Assembly: GCA_046861395.1 (NCBI GenBank)
Contig: JBHHUC010000003.1
Location: 1 to 64,000, forward strand
Source: Fidelibacterota bacterium
Lineage (GTDB): Bacteria > Fidelibacterota > Marinisomatia > Marinisomatales > JABMOV01
Length of the DNA stretch: 64,000 nucleotides
Direction of reading: 5' to 3'
Shown here: positions 21,551 to 31,916 of the stretch, piece after piece
Layout: each line of letters opens with the position of its first letter
Position numbering within the stretch: the stretch's first letter is position 1
Made by a program: the position numbers and the translations under genes
Notes under the pieces: generated by a model
Seen by the model: the letters and a program-made list of their open reading frames with translations, nothing else
What the model was told of the DNA's origin: nothing
Database searches by the model: none

Positions 21551-22916
21551 GACCGGCCTCCAGGGTAAATTCGCCAAATTCTGCCAATTTTCCCAGAACC
21601 AGCGACTTGTATTCTTCCATTTTTTCCGGTGATGTTGCTTCGAAACGACATACAATGACAGGCTGGGTATTGGAAGATCGCACCAGCCCCCATCCTTCCG
21701 GGAAATTAATTCTCACCCCGTCTACGGTACTGCAATCATAATTGGCGGTGAAATAGGCAACTGCTTTTTCGGTCATCTGGAATTTCACTTCATCATCTTT
21801 GGTTGCCATCCGCATTTCTGGAGTTGAATAGTAGGTGGGAATTTCCGCTTTCAACTGAGACAGGGATTTGCTTGAGTGTGATAACAATTCTACCAGTCGG
21901 GCGGCAACGTAGGTCGCATCGTCATACCCGAAATAATCATCGGCAAAAAAGATATGTCCGCTCATTTCGCCACCCAGTTTGCATTGGACTTCTGCCATTT
22001 TCTGTTTAATCAGAGAATGTCCCGTTTTCCACATAATCGGTTTACCATGCAAACGATTAATGACATCTTCCAATGCTTTGGAACATTTTACATCGAACAG
22101 AACTTCATCTCCCGGTTCGATGACATGAGGCAGAAAGATAGCCATCAATTGATCGGCCCATACAATATCTCCAGTTTCATCCACCACGCCTATACGGTCC
22201 GCATCTCCGTCAAAGGCTATGCCCACTTCATAATCACCGCCTTGCATTAATTGAATAAGATCCTTCAGGTTTTCCTTCACCGTCGGGTCCGGGTGATGAT
22301 TGGGGAAACGGCCATCGACATTACAATATATTTCGGTTAAATCCGCGCCTAAGGCGGTAAAGATTTCCGGAGCATTTATTGCCCCGGCGGCATTGCCGCA
22401 ATCCATCACAACCTTGACAGGACGTTCCAAGTGAATTTTCCTTTTCATCATCGTCAGATAATCAGGTTTAAGATCATAGCTTGCTTCCGATCCTTCACCT
22501 GTCTCAAAATCATTTTCTTCAATGATTTTACGGATGGACTGGATCATGTCACCGAACACAGCCTTTTTATCCAACGAAAGTTTGAATCCATTAAATTCCG
22601 GCGGATTGTGGCTTCCCGTAATCTGAACGGCTCCCCCCACATCCAATTTAAACATGCTGTAATAATTTACGGGCGTTGGCAGAATACCGATATTTATTAC
22701 ATCCAAACCGGTACTCACGGCACCAGCTTTGAAATCGTTTAGAAGCCGTTCGGTTGACAACCTAACATCACCACTCAGTGCGATTTCTTTCGCTCCGTGA
22801 CGCAAAGCATAGGTTCCGAACCCTTTCCCTAATAACGTTACCACTTCCGAGGGAAAATCTTCATCGACTTTTCCCCGAATATCATATTCACGAAAAATAA
22901 ACGGATTTATGTTCAC
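21546..22916 (-). CDS. Phosphomannomutase/phosphoglucomutase
   Basis: IFREYDIRG, ITGSHNP, FDGDADR, GEMSGH; GTG start at 22916 preceded by GAGG. Confidence 0.94.
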   Translation of the reverse strand: MNINPFIFREYDIRGKVDEDFPSEVVTLLGKGFGTYALRHGAKEIALSGDVRLSTERLLNDFKAGAVSTGLDVINIGILPTPVNYYSMFKLDVGGAVQITGSHNPPEFNGFKLSLDKKAVFGDMIQSIRKIIEENDFETGEGSEASYDLKPDYLTMMKRKIHLERPVKVVMDCGNAAGAINAPEIFTALGADLTEIYCNVDGRFPNHHPDPTVKENLKDLIQLMQGGDYEVGIAFDGDADRIGVVDETGDIVWADQLMAIFLPHVIEPGDEVLFDVKCSKALEDVINRLHGKPIMWKTGHSLIKQKMAEVQCKLGGEMSGHIFFADDYFGYDDATYVAARLVELLSHSSKSLSQLKAEIPTYYSTPEMRMATKDDEVKFQMTEKAVAYFTANYDCSTVDGVRINFPEGWGLVRSSNTQPVIVCRFEATSPEKMEEYKSLVLGKLAEFGEFTLEAGH

Positions 22917-23048
22917 ATTTACCTCTATTCTATTGATAAAACTGCTGGTAAAATTACTCAGGACTATGGGGAATCGCATGTGTTAATGGCTGGTATTTTC
23001 ACGTAAATATAGTTGTGTTTAACGGAGTGATACGGAATAATTTTTATT

Positions 23049-24155
23049 ATGCAAAATCATTCCAGAATATTCTTTAGTCTGGTGCTAATTCCCTCTGTGG
23101 TAATGCTGGGTCAGCTAAGGTTAACCGTAAGCGAAACAATGCCTCTTCCAGGCGAAGGTCATCATATCTGGAGGGACAGCACCGTCATCTCATGGTCTTC
23201 TCGCCAAGTATTTTTAGAGAATACCTCATTTTATTCTACGGAAAATTCAATCCGTTCGGTTGTTCCCCTGCCGATAGGACAAGTTGGTATCGTGGAGGAA
23301 ACATCACAGGATTACCTTTTACGTATTGTTGATCAACATGGAACGCCAGTTTTTACAACGACACTGGACGTTGCCGAAGATTATGGATTTCCCCGGATTG
23401 CCACCCTTCCCGATGGCACCCCGCTGCTGCTGAATGCGGTGGAACAGAAAATCGGGATTGGCGGGACATCCCCTTCCCTGCAGTGGTTCCCCCTGAGAAC
23501 CGAGGACCGGGATCATGAAAAACAATTACTGACCACTTCTTTTGAAAATGATCAATTTTTTCTGGGCATGCCTCAGGCCGCACCGGGTAACCGCCTTTCC
23601 GTTCTCTATACTTTAAAGCATCATTCTCGTCCCGTAGCAATGGATAGTATATCGCTCTCTTTGCCGTATTTTTTCTTCCCTTTTCTCGATCAACTGGCCA
23701 TAATCGGTTCTGATTTTTCTAATGATTACAGCCCGGAGAATCGACTTATCCTGTATAATCCGAAAGCCAGAATGATTTCAGCCGAAGTTCCCCTGCCAAC
23801 CATACCAGGGGATTTCCGGGTTAAAGATCAGAAATTATATTTAATCTACAATGATCGGTTGGAAATTCTGAACCACCGGGGTCAAATCCTGACCACGTAT
23901 ACCTTTCCTGCACTAGTCCCAGTGGATGTTGCAATAAACGATGAATCCATTTTTATCATTGGCGGTCGTCACCCGGATTATATCGCCGGCCAGGTGGTTT
24001 ACGATACGGCCCATCTCCTGCGCATCAGCAATCAGATTGATGAATATTTCATTCAAACAGACGGTCGAATAAGCGGCGGCAGAATCAACCGGCCCGGAAA
24101 GACCATTATCTTGTTAGCCAACCAACGCCTGTTACAGATTCTCATTCCTGATTGA
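23049..24155 (+). CDS. Hypothetical exported protein, probably beta-rich
   Basis: 368-aa ORF with signal-peptide-like N-terminus, translationally coupled to the next gene. Confidence 0.65.
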   Translation: MQNHSRIFFSLVLIPSVVMLGQLRLTVSETMPLPGEGHHIWRDSTVISWSSRQVFLENTSFYSTENSIRSVVPLPIGQVGIVEETSQDYLLRIVDQHGTPVFTTTLDVAEDYGFPRIATLPDGTPLLLNAVEQKIGIGGTSPSLQWFPLRTEDRDHEKQLLTTSFENDQFFLGMPQAAPGNRLSVLYTLKHHSRPVAMDSISLSLPYFFFPFLDQLAIIGSDFSNDYSPENRLILYNPKARMISAEVPLPTIPGDFRVKDQKLYLIYNDRLEILNHRGQILTTYTFPALVPVDVAINDESIFIIGGRHPDYIAGQVVYDTAHLLRISNQIDEYFIQTDGRISGGRINRPGKTIILLANQRLLQILIPD

Positions 24156-26257
24156 TGAAAAAGCATTTATTCCCCTTAATCATCCTTGGTGCTGTCTTAA
24201 CAGGGCAGGACTATCCCTGGCCTTGCACCCCGGTAGATCAGCAGCATTGGATAAACGGTACGTTTTGCGAATGTCGCGAAGGAAGTTCCGGCGACCGGGA
24301 TCATTTTCATGACGGTGTGGATATTGACCTCTATCAGGGAAATCCAGTTTATTCCGTTATCAATGGGACTGTAACCAGCATCGGTTCGCAATCGACCTAC
24401 GGTATTAACGCCTGGATTCGAGTAGGACGCTATGCCTATGTCCATGTGAATCACAATCCTGCATTGAGTGTCGGTTCGTCAGTTGTGGCCGGTGAGACGG
24501 TCATCGGCTGGACCAACACTTGGAACCATATTCATTTTAAGGACGGCTATCCCGGAAATGAAATCAATGCCCTGCGGTTGAATGGCGGTCTCACACCACA
24601 TGAGGATACTTATGCTCCGACTGTGGCCAATATCGGTTTCTACATTGATGGTACCGACATCCCCTTTCAGGATAACCGGGTCTACGGCGCAATTGATATT
24701 GTCAGCCGGGCCTACGACCGAACCGATTCAGGCCCCTTAGGAAATAATAATGGTATTTATAAGATTGGTTATGATATTCTGGATTCCACCGGAAATCTTG
24801 TCCATGGACCGGTAATTCCATACGAATTTGCCACCATTCCCGCCTCTGACGGATATATCACAAATGTCTATGCCCTGGGATCAAATACCAGTAATTATCG
24901 ATACATTGTGACCAATAATGTCAGTTCCAATCAATCGTTGAATGTAACCAATTGGCCTTTGGGCCACTACACGGCCCGCGTTTTTACCTGGGATCAGTAT
25001 TTACACGGTGACACGCTGATTCAACCCTTCCAAATCGTTACACCGGATGACACACCGCCAGCCGCCCCGGAGCTCCTGGCCCTCATCAAAGAAAGCAATG
25101 GTTTCCGATTGATCTGGCAACCTAATACCGAAGCTGATTTACTGGGCTATCGGTTATATTTTAGTTATGATAATCAGCAATGGTTCAACAATATAAACGA
25201 AACTCAGTTGGATGGTACTTCCAGTGAATTCATCACAACATCCTTCAGTAATGAATTAATCTATCTTCGGCTGACAGCCGTTGATAACGGACCTTTTCAC
25301 AATGAGAGTGATTTTTCCTCCACTTTTGTCTTTCGAAAATCCGCCCCGGATAAAACCATCTTATTCATCGATGCCAGCCATCGGCAAAACGATCAATCCA
25401 TTCCCAGCCTGGCACAAGCCATGGATCCATACTCAAATTTTGGTTTTGAAACTGTCACCGGTGAATTTCTGGCTTCCGACAGTCTAGACTTATCGACCAG
25501 ACCGGTGTCGTGGCTCTCACTGGGAACGTCCCGAAATACGATTGAAAGTCATCTGATCACCTGGTTCGGCGCACAAAATATACCCGGAAATATTCCTGTT
25601 CTGTCGGGATCATATTCTACTCTGGCTCTGGCTGGAAATCCTGAGGGCGCCGCTTTGCTCACCGGGTTCGGTCTAGACAGCATCCGGGTAATCACCCCTT
25701 CACCAACTATTTCCGTAACAGCCGGCGGATTTCTGTCCTCACTGGGGACCTTTTCCTTTACCAGCGGGAATGATTCCTTAATCGTCGGTTTCCACAACCC
25801 AACGGTAAGTCCTTTACTCGTTCTGGATACGGGAGAATCCCTGGGCTGGCTGTATGAGGAGTTGGGTCCCGGCGTGTTATTGGGATTTTCTCCTCAGGAT
25901 CTCCCCAATTTCCCGCAATTCGCCGAAATAATGCTAAATTACCTTTTCCCCGGCTGGGTGAGCAATGACCCCGTCCCAAGCTTACCCCAGTATTTTTCTG
26001 TTTCTGCCTATCCCAATCCGTTTAATTATTCCCTGTCGCTTACCGTCCGGGGAGAGGCGGGAGTTTATCATCTTACCGGCTGGGACATCCGCGGCACTCG
26101 CATTCTGGGAAAAACGGTTGTTCTCCCTGAATCCGGATCTAGAACCATTCAACTTCGTTCGGAATTTTCCCGCCTATCTTCAGGCCTTTATTTCCTCCAG
26201 GTCGTTTCGGAAAAGTTTACCTCATCACAGATAACGAAAGTGTTATTGGTCAAATGA
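24152..26257 (+). CDS. Secreted M23-family metallopeptidase with FN3 domain and C-terminal sorting domain
   Basis: HDGVD (HxxxD) and HIH (HxH) zinc motifs, DTPPAAP...W...DLLGYRLY FN3, AYPNPFN...SSGLYF...KVLLVK CTD. Confidence 0.75.
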   Translation: MMKKHLFPLIILGAVLTGQDYPWPCTPVDQQHWINGTFCECREGSSGDRDHFHDGVDIDLYQGNPVYSVINGTVTSIGSQSTYGINAWIRVGRYAYVHVNHNPALSVGSSVVAGETVIGWTNTWNHIHFKDGYPGNEINALRLNGGLTPHEDTYAPTVANIGFYIDGTDIPFQDNRVYGAIDIVSRAYDRTDSGPLGNNNGIYKIGYDILDSTGNLVHGPVIPYEFATIPASDGYITNVYALGSNTSNYRYIVTNNVSSNQSLNVTNWPLGHYTARVFTWDQYLHGDTLIQPFQIVTPDDTPPAAPELLALIKESNGFRLIWQPNTEADLLGYRLYFSYDNQQWFNNINETQLDGTSSEFITTSFSNELIYLRLTAVDNGPFHNESDFSSTFVFRKSAPDKTILFIDASHRQNDQSIPSLAQAMDPYSNFGFETVTGEFLASDSLDLSTRPVSWLSLGTSRNTIESHLITWFGAQNIPGNIPVLSGSYSTLALAGNPEGAALLTGFGLDSIRVITPSPTISVTAGGFLSSLGTFSFTSGNDSLIVGFHNPTVSPLLVLDTGESLGWLYEELGPGVLLGFSPQDLPNFPQFAEIMLNYLFPGWVSNDPVPSLPQYFSVSAYPNPFNYSLSLTVRGEAGVYHLTGWDIRGTRILGKTVVLPESGSRTIQLRSEFSRLSSGLYFLQVVSEKFTSSQITKVLLVK

Positions 26258-27690
26258 AAAAAATATTCCTCGTCACAATTCTTCTCATCCTCACCGGTTG
26301 TACCGTTCATCCCGTCTTTGATCCGGCCACCGGCCTGTTACCTCTGGTCCACCGGATCAATTCTGCCATCAAGGCCTCCGGACTGGAAACCAATATCGGA
26401 ATTTCGGTACGGTCGGCCAGAACCGGCAAAACACTCTATGCCTATAATGATCGTCATCTTTTCAATCCGGCCAGTAATAACAAGATATACACGGCCACGG
26501 CCGCTCTCCAGTTTCTGACGCCGGCCCATCGCTACCGTACCGGCCTCTACCTGCCACCGCAGCGGATGGCTTCCGATTCTCTCTCACGACTGACTCTGGT
26601 GGCGGCAGCCGATCCGGATTTCTATCCCCGGCACCTGGATTCCCTGGCAACAGTCCTGGCACAACATTTCAATGTTGTGGATACGATCATGATTGATAAT
26701 ACGATTCTGGATACGGTTTATTATGGGAACGGCTGGATGTGGGACGAAGGCTCCGGCTGGTATTCGGCCCAGATCGATGGAATGATTTTCAATGACAATT
26801 GTGTTGATTTTCACGTTTCCAACGGGGAACCCGGGAGCCCGCCGGATATCACAATCATTCCCCCGACGCAATACATTCAGATAGACAACAAGGCAGTTAC
26901 GACCCACGACACGATAGATCTCGAGCCCTTTTCCATCCGGCGACACTGGTGGGAAGATAACAATAAGTTTGATGTCTGGGGGCACTTTTTCCGCACCGAC
27001 AGCAATACGGCGGTGTATTACCGAAATATCCATGATCCGGCCCGATTCACGGGAACAGTCCTGAAAGAGATGTTAGAGGAAAAAGGCACTCTTGTCCGGG
27101 GACCGATCCTCGAACATTCTCTTTTCCCCGGTGATACGCTGTTTGCATATCATGAATCCGATTCCTTTCTGGTTTCCCTGGCAAACTTCCTGAAAGAAAG
27201 TGACAATCTGTCCGGTGAATCTTATCTGAAACTAATTGGCCATTATCAATCCGGGAATCCCGGATCATGGCCCGATGGATTGCTGGCAACCAAATCCTTT
27301 TTGGCCGATTCCGTTGGTCTGGACACCAGTGCCTTTTCCTATGTGGACGGTTCGGGCATATCCCGCTATAATTATTCTGCCCCACGGCATTTCACACAAT
27401 TGTTGTACTGGATCTATCAGCGACCAGGATTCAAACAATCCTTTTTGGCATCCCTGCCTGTAGGCGGATGGGATGGCACCCTGGAAAACCGTATGCAGAC
27501 GGGACAGGAATCCCAATATGTCCATGCCAAGACGGGAACGTTATCCGGTGCAAGCTGTTTGTCGGGGTACATTCTGAAACCGGGGAAAGAGCCGCTTGTT
27601 TTTTCCATCATGATGAATGGTTATGTGGACGAAGCCGGGCCCTACCGCGATCTGCAGGATGAAATCGTCAACATATTGTTACAACGGTGA
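26254..27690 (+). CDS. dacB: D-Ala-D-Ala carboxypeptidase/endopeptidase (PBP4, peptidase S13), lipoprotein
   Basis: LTGC lipobox, PASNNK (SxxK), SDN, DGSG, KTGTL. Confidence 0.93.
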   Translation: MKKIFLVTILLILTGCTVHPVFDPATGLLPLVHRINSAIKASGLETNIGISVRSARTGKTLYAYNDRHLFNPASNNKIYTATAALQFLTPAHRYRTGLYLPPQRMASDSLSRLTLVAAADPDFYPRHLDSLATVLAQHFNVVDTIMIDNTILDTVYYGNGWMWDEGSGWYSAQIDGMIFNDNCVDFHVSNGEPGSPPDITIIPPTQYIQIDNKAVTTHDTIDLEPFSIRRHWWEDNNKFDVWGHFFRTDSNTAVYYRNIHDPARFTGTVLKEMLEEKGTLVRGPILEHSLFPGDTLFAYHESDSFLVSLANFLKESDNLSGESYLKLIGHYQSGNPGSWPDGLLATKSFLADSVGLDTSAFSYVDGSGISRYNYSAPRHFTQLLYWIYQRPGFKQSFLASLPVGGWDGTLENRMQTGQESQYVHAKTGTLSGASCLSGYILKPGKEPLVFSIMMNGYVDEAGPYRDLQDEIVNILLQR

Positions 27691-27694
27691 GGAC

Positions 27695-28633
27695 ATGGAA
27701 ATCATGAAACCCAAAGCGATTCACAAAGGCGATACCATCGGCGTAGTCTGTCCGTCAAAATGGGCTCCCGAAGATCAGGTGTACGCTGTAAAGCAATTAT
27801 TTGAAGAACAGGGATATCGTGTTGTGTTGGGAAAAACCCCCTTTTTACGGGAAAACCAATACGCCGGAACGCCCGAGGAACGGGCTCGTGATATTGAAGC
27901 AATGTTTGCCAATCCCGAAATTGACGCCATTGTCTGTGCCCGGGGCGGTTACGGGGCCAATCGTGTCATTCCCTTACTCAATTATGATTTGATCCGGGAC
28001 AATCCGAAAATCTTCATGGGATACAGTGATATTACTGCCCTGATTCATTCCATCCGGCAACGGTCGGGATTCATCACATTTCACGGTCCTATGTTTGTCA
28101 CCTATAAAAACGGATTCATCTCTTATAACTGGAATATCTGGGAAGCCGTGATCAGCGGAAAAGCTCCTCTGCGGATGGAAAATCCCCATGAATTGAAACC
28201 CCATATTCTGAAGCCGGGATCGGCGGAAGGTATGCTCTCCGGAGGAAACCTGACTCTGATCAACAATCGCCTGGGAACGCCGGAACAGATCGATTTCCGT
28301 GATACGATTCTATTCCTGGAAGATATTGACGAATATTTATATGCCTTTGACCGTTATCTGGTCCATTTACGCCAATCAGGCACGGTTGAATCCATCCGGG
28401 CTTTGATCGTGGGTGAACTGGTAGATATGAAGGATGATTCCATTCCCTTCGGGAAATCAACGGACGAAATCATTATGGATGTTTTCGGAGACTTGAACAT
28501 TCCCATCGTTTCCAACGTCGCCTGCGGTCACGGTGCTTATCAAATGACATTACCGGTTATACTGCCGGCAGAACTGAGTGTCACTTCAGATTCATTTGTC
28601 CTGACACTTCCCCAAGCTGCGGTTCGTCCTTAG
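27695..28633 (+). CDS. ldcA: LD-carboxypeptidase (peptidase S66)
   Basis: RGGYG, GYSDITAL nucleophile, HGPM, GGNL, FLED, GH; start ATG 27695 or 27704. Confidence 0.9.
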   Translation: MEIMKPKAIHKGDTIGVVCPSKWAPEDQVYAVKQLFEEQGYRVVLGKTPFLRENQYAGTPEERARDIEAMFANPEIDAIVCARGGYGANRVIPLLNYDLIRDNPKIFMGYSDITALIHSIRQRSGFITFHGPMFVTYKNGFISYNWNIWEAVISGKAPLRMENPHELKPHILKPGSAEGMLSGGNLTLINNRLGTPEQIDFRDTILFLEDIDEYLYAFDRYLVHLRQSGTVESIRALIVGELVDMKDDSIPFGKSTDEIIMDVFGDLNIPIVSNVACGHGAYQMTLPVILPAELSVTSDSFVLTLPQAAVRP

Positions 28634-29667
28634 ATTGCCGCCAGGAGTCTTTGGATTTGAACGTGGTCCTCAACCAGTTCATTCAGCAGCTTCAGTTTAT
28701 CATCATCTCCGGGACGGGTGACAGAAACCAGGTGTTCCACCCTTTTCGCCGCATTATAGGTATCATTCGGGACCAGGATCAGCGGAATATTGTTGGCCGA
28801 TGCTTTGGCAATGATATTTGCCGGTGGAAGCAAATCATTGGTGAGAATGACACCGGCGCTTCCCGTTTCAATCGCCGCCAAAATCATGTCACTGCGATCA
28901 CCGCTGGTAATAATCAGTTTTCCTGGTTTGCGGAATGATTGCATTCGCATGACCGAATCACCTGACATGGCACCCACAAACACTTTCGCCACCCTGTTCT
29001 GCATCCCATTTGTCCCGGCTATGACACGGGCGTGTAATAATTCCAGGATGGTGCTTATCGTGGGTCGATTCAGATGATCGTTTCGGGGAATCATGCCCCA
29101 TACCGGTAGGGAGAAATTGTTTAATTCCTGCTGAAATTTCTCTCTGAACTGGTCTTTATGGTGAATTTTATTTACAACCAGCCCCAGCAGTTGGGTATCA
29201 AGACGGGAATTCAGCAGATCAAGATAATCCATATCATCGATAATCTGGTCGGCTGTTCCACTGGTGACAAGTATAATTCCGGCTTCGAGAGTATGGCTGA
29301 GTGAAATGGCATCCAGTCCCAGGGATCGTCCGGTGGCCAGAAATCCGCCTGTTTCGATTATGACCATATCGCGATCCTCAAACCGGGTCATTTGTTCTTG
29401 AATCTTCCGGATGACCGTTTTCGGCGTATAATCAAGCCGCAATTTGGAATGGTCGAAACCGATGGACAAGGCGCCAGGTTCAGTCTGCAATCCCATCAGC
29501 GACACCATCAATTCGGCATCATAATCCCACATTTGCTTATCATGGTAGAATAATCGATCACCAAAGGGTTTTAGATACCCTACGCGGCCCAAATGCGCAC
29601 CCAGGCCTGCAATAAAACTGGTTTTCCCCGAATTGGGATAAAGGGAAGCAATAATCAATTTCTTCAT
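28630..29667 (-). CDS. Phosphotransacetylase N-terminal-like protein (BioD-like P-loop plus DRTGG domain, no catalytic Pta domain)
   Basis: NSGKTS, GYLKPFG, ITSGDRSDM, LVPNDTY. Confidence 0.85.
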   Translation of the reverse strand: MKKLIIASLYPNSGKTSFIAGLGAHLGRVGYLKPFGDRLFYHDKQMWDYDAELMVSLMGLQTEPGALSIGFDHSKLRLDYTPKTVIRKIQEQMTRFEDRDMVIIETGGFLATGRSLGLDAISLSHTLEAGIILVTSGTADQIIDDMDYLDLLNSRLDTQLLGLVVNKIHHKDQFREKFQQELNNFSLPVWGMIPRNDHLNRPTISTILELLHARVIAGTNGMQNRVAKVFVGAMSGDSVMRMQSFRKPGKLIITSGDRSDMILAAIETGSAGVILTNDLLPPANIIAKASANNIPLILVPNDTYNAAKRVEHLVSVTRPGDDDKLKLLNELVEDHVQIQRLLAAI

Positions 29668-31790
29668 TTGACACCTTCCTCGTTTAGGACAATACGAACA
29701 TCCACCGCTTTGACACCCTGACCTTCATCATAGACGACCAGGGGATTAATTTCAATATCACTGATGCGCGGATCGGCGTTAAATATCGTAATAATCCGCT
29801 TCATCGCCGACACAATGGCCGGAATATCCTTGCGCTTCTGTCCCCGCACTCCCAGGAGCAGAGCATAAGCCCGGACATGCTTGATCATGGCGTAGAGGGT
29901 TTCATCGGATACCGGCAGGGCCCGGAAGACAACATCTTTCATGACTTCGACGTATATCCCGCCCAGGCCGAACATAATGATAGGACCGAACGTCGGGTCT
30001 TTCCGTACGCCGATTATGACTTCGGTCCCAGGAGCAATCTGTTCATCCAGTTCAATGCCCTGGATAACGGCATTTGGGCGGTGAGATTTACATTTTCGCA
30101 TGATTATCTGCCAGCCATTGGCAACATCTTCGGAATGATTGATATTTAACAGAACACCGCCCACATCACTTTTATGCAGAATATCCTCTGAAACCACTTT
30201 CATCACGATGGGATATCCCATGGTTTCGGCCACCCGAATGGCTTCCGGCAAAGATGATAGCACAGCACTCTGAGGTCGTGGTATTCCCACTTCATCCAGA
30301 ACGGCCTGTCCTTCATTGGCCAGGAGAAACGTCCGGTCTTCACGCCGTGCGTGGGAAATAATAGATTCGATAACGTGATTTGATTTCTTCTTGACAAACG
30401 ATTGTACCGGTCGATTGACCGTATGAAAAAAGTGATAGATGGCCCCCAGGCTCGATACGGCCTGATAAACTTCACCGAAAACTGGAATATTCCGCTGCGT
30501 CAGAAGATCAATGCTTTGCTCAGTCTTCTCCCCGCCAAACATGGCAAAAATAATGGGCATGTTTTGTTTCATATACTCCGAATAAATGGAAGCAATCATC
30601 CGGCTTAACCGTTCCGCTGACATCATGGCCGTTTCACAATACAGCGCAATGACGGAATGGATTTTATCGTCCTCCAGGGCGCGTAACAGTGCTTTGCGGT
30701 AGTCTTCTTCCGTCGCCTCCCCTGTCAGATCCACCGGATTCTTCGTCGATCCGAATCCATGTACGACATCCTGGAATATTTCTCTGAGCCGGCTGAAATC
30801 CTCGTAGAGATGCACATGATATTTTTCACAGGCATCCGTTGCCAAGACACCGACACCGCCACCATTCGTAATAATAACGGTCCCCGGTCCCTGCGGCAGC
30901 GGAGTCTGGGAAAAAACCCGGCTCCAGTCCAGTGCTTCCTGTACATTTTCGGCTCTCAGAACACCAACCTGATCCATGATGGCGCTGAATATTTCATCCG
31001 AGCCAGCCAAAGACCCGGTATGGGATGCCGCCGCAATGGCACCACGGCGGGAACGGCCTGATTTAATCACAATGACTGGTTTTATCCGGGTCGCTTTGCG
31101 TAGTTGAGTGATGAGGCGATGGCCATCGTGTATTCCCTCGATATACATGAGAATGACACGCGTTAAATCATCTGTCACTAAATATTCCAGCAGATCACTT
31201 TCATCCAGGTCCGATTTATTGCCGACACTGATAATGGCACTCAATCCAATATTCTGGATGGCCGTTTTCCCAATCATGGCTACACCCAGGGCGCCGCTCT
31301 GGGTAATAATGGCTACCGAACCCGGTTTAATATCCCGCGGACCGAAGGAGGCATTCAGGTTGACGCCATGAGAATAATGTCCGAAAATATTGGGCCCCAG
31401 AATTCGCATCCCGTATTCATGGGCCAGAGATACCAGCTCTCGTTCCCGGTCCAGCTCTCCCACCTCGGAAAACCCCGAACTGATAACAGTCAAATACTGC
31501 ACACCCCTTTCCCCGCAATGACTGGCGGCTTCAGCTACGCGCATAGCCGGTACAATAATGACGGCAACATCCGGTGTTTCCGGTAAATCATGAATCGACG
31601 AATAGATGGGTAACCCAAGAATTTCTCCTCCCTTGGGATTGACCGGATAGATTTTTCCCTCGTAGCCCCCGGCAATAATATTATCGATGACCTTATACCC
31701 GATTTTCCCGGCTGATGTTGACGCACCGATAATGGCAATGGATTGAGGATTGAATAAGGTCCGAATGGGCGGTGGTTCGCAGGCAGGCAT
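29664..31790 (-). CDS. ADP-forming acetate/acyl-CoA ligase, fused alpha-beta
   Basis: IAIIGAS, GPN, QSGA, ASHTGSLAG (alpha His), TNGGG, NPVDL, HKSDVGGV (beta His), EINPL. Confidence 0.9.
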   Translation of the reverse strand: MPACEPPPIRTLFNPQSIAIIGASTSAGKIGYKVIDNIIAGGYEGKIYPVNPKGGEILGLPIYSSIHDLPETPDVAVIIVPAMRVAEAASHCGERGVQYLTVISSGFSEVGELDRERELVSLAHEYGMRILGPNIFGHYSHGVNLNASFGPRDIKPGSVAIITQSGALGVAMIGKTAIQNIGLSAIISVGNKSDLDESDLLEYLVTDDLTRVILMYIEGIHDGHRLITQLRKATRIKPVIVIKSGRSRRGAIAAASHTGSLAGSDEIFSAIMDQVGVLRAENVQEALDWSRVFSQTPLPQGPGTVIITNGGGVGVLATDACEKYHVHLYEDFSRLREIFQDVVHGFGSTKNPVDLTGEATEEDYRKALLRALEDDKIHSVIALYCETAMMSAERLSRMIASIYSEYMKQNMPIIFAMFGGEKTEQSIDLLTQRNIPVFGEVYQAVSSLGAIYHFFHTVNRPVQSFVKKKSNHVIESIISHARREDRTFLLANEGQAVLDEVGIPRPQSAVLSSLPEAIRVAETMGYPIVMKVVSEDILHKSDVGGVLLNINHSEDVANGWQIIMRKCKSHRPNAVIQGIELDEQIAPGTEVIIGVRKDPTFGPIIMFGLGGIYVEVMKDVVFRALPVSDETLYAMIKHVRAYALLLGVRGQKRKDIPAIVSAMKRIITIFNADPRISDIEINPLVVYDEGQGVKAVDVRIVLNEEGVK

Positions 31791-31867
31791 TGATTTTTCT
31801 TATGACTAATGATGAGAACTAAAGGTAAAAGTTACTGAGTTTAGGGTAATGTTTCTATGTTTCCATT

Positions 31868-31896
31868 TTGATTTCTACCGGCATTACATTTACTTT
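31868..31896 (+). promoter_or_regulatory. Candidate promoter for spmAB
   Basis: TTGATT-17 nt-TACTTT followed by GGAGG RBS and ATG 31917. Confidence 0.4.
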
Positions 31897-31916
31897 ACTT
31901 TCTTTATCTGGGAGGT

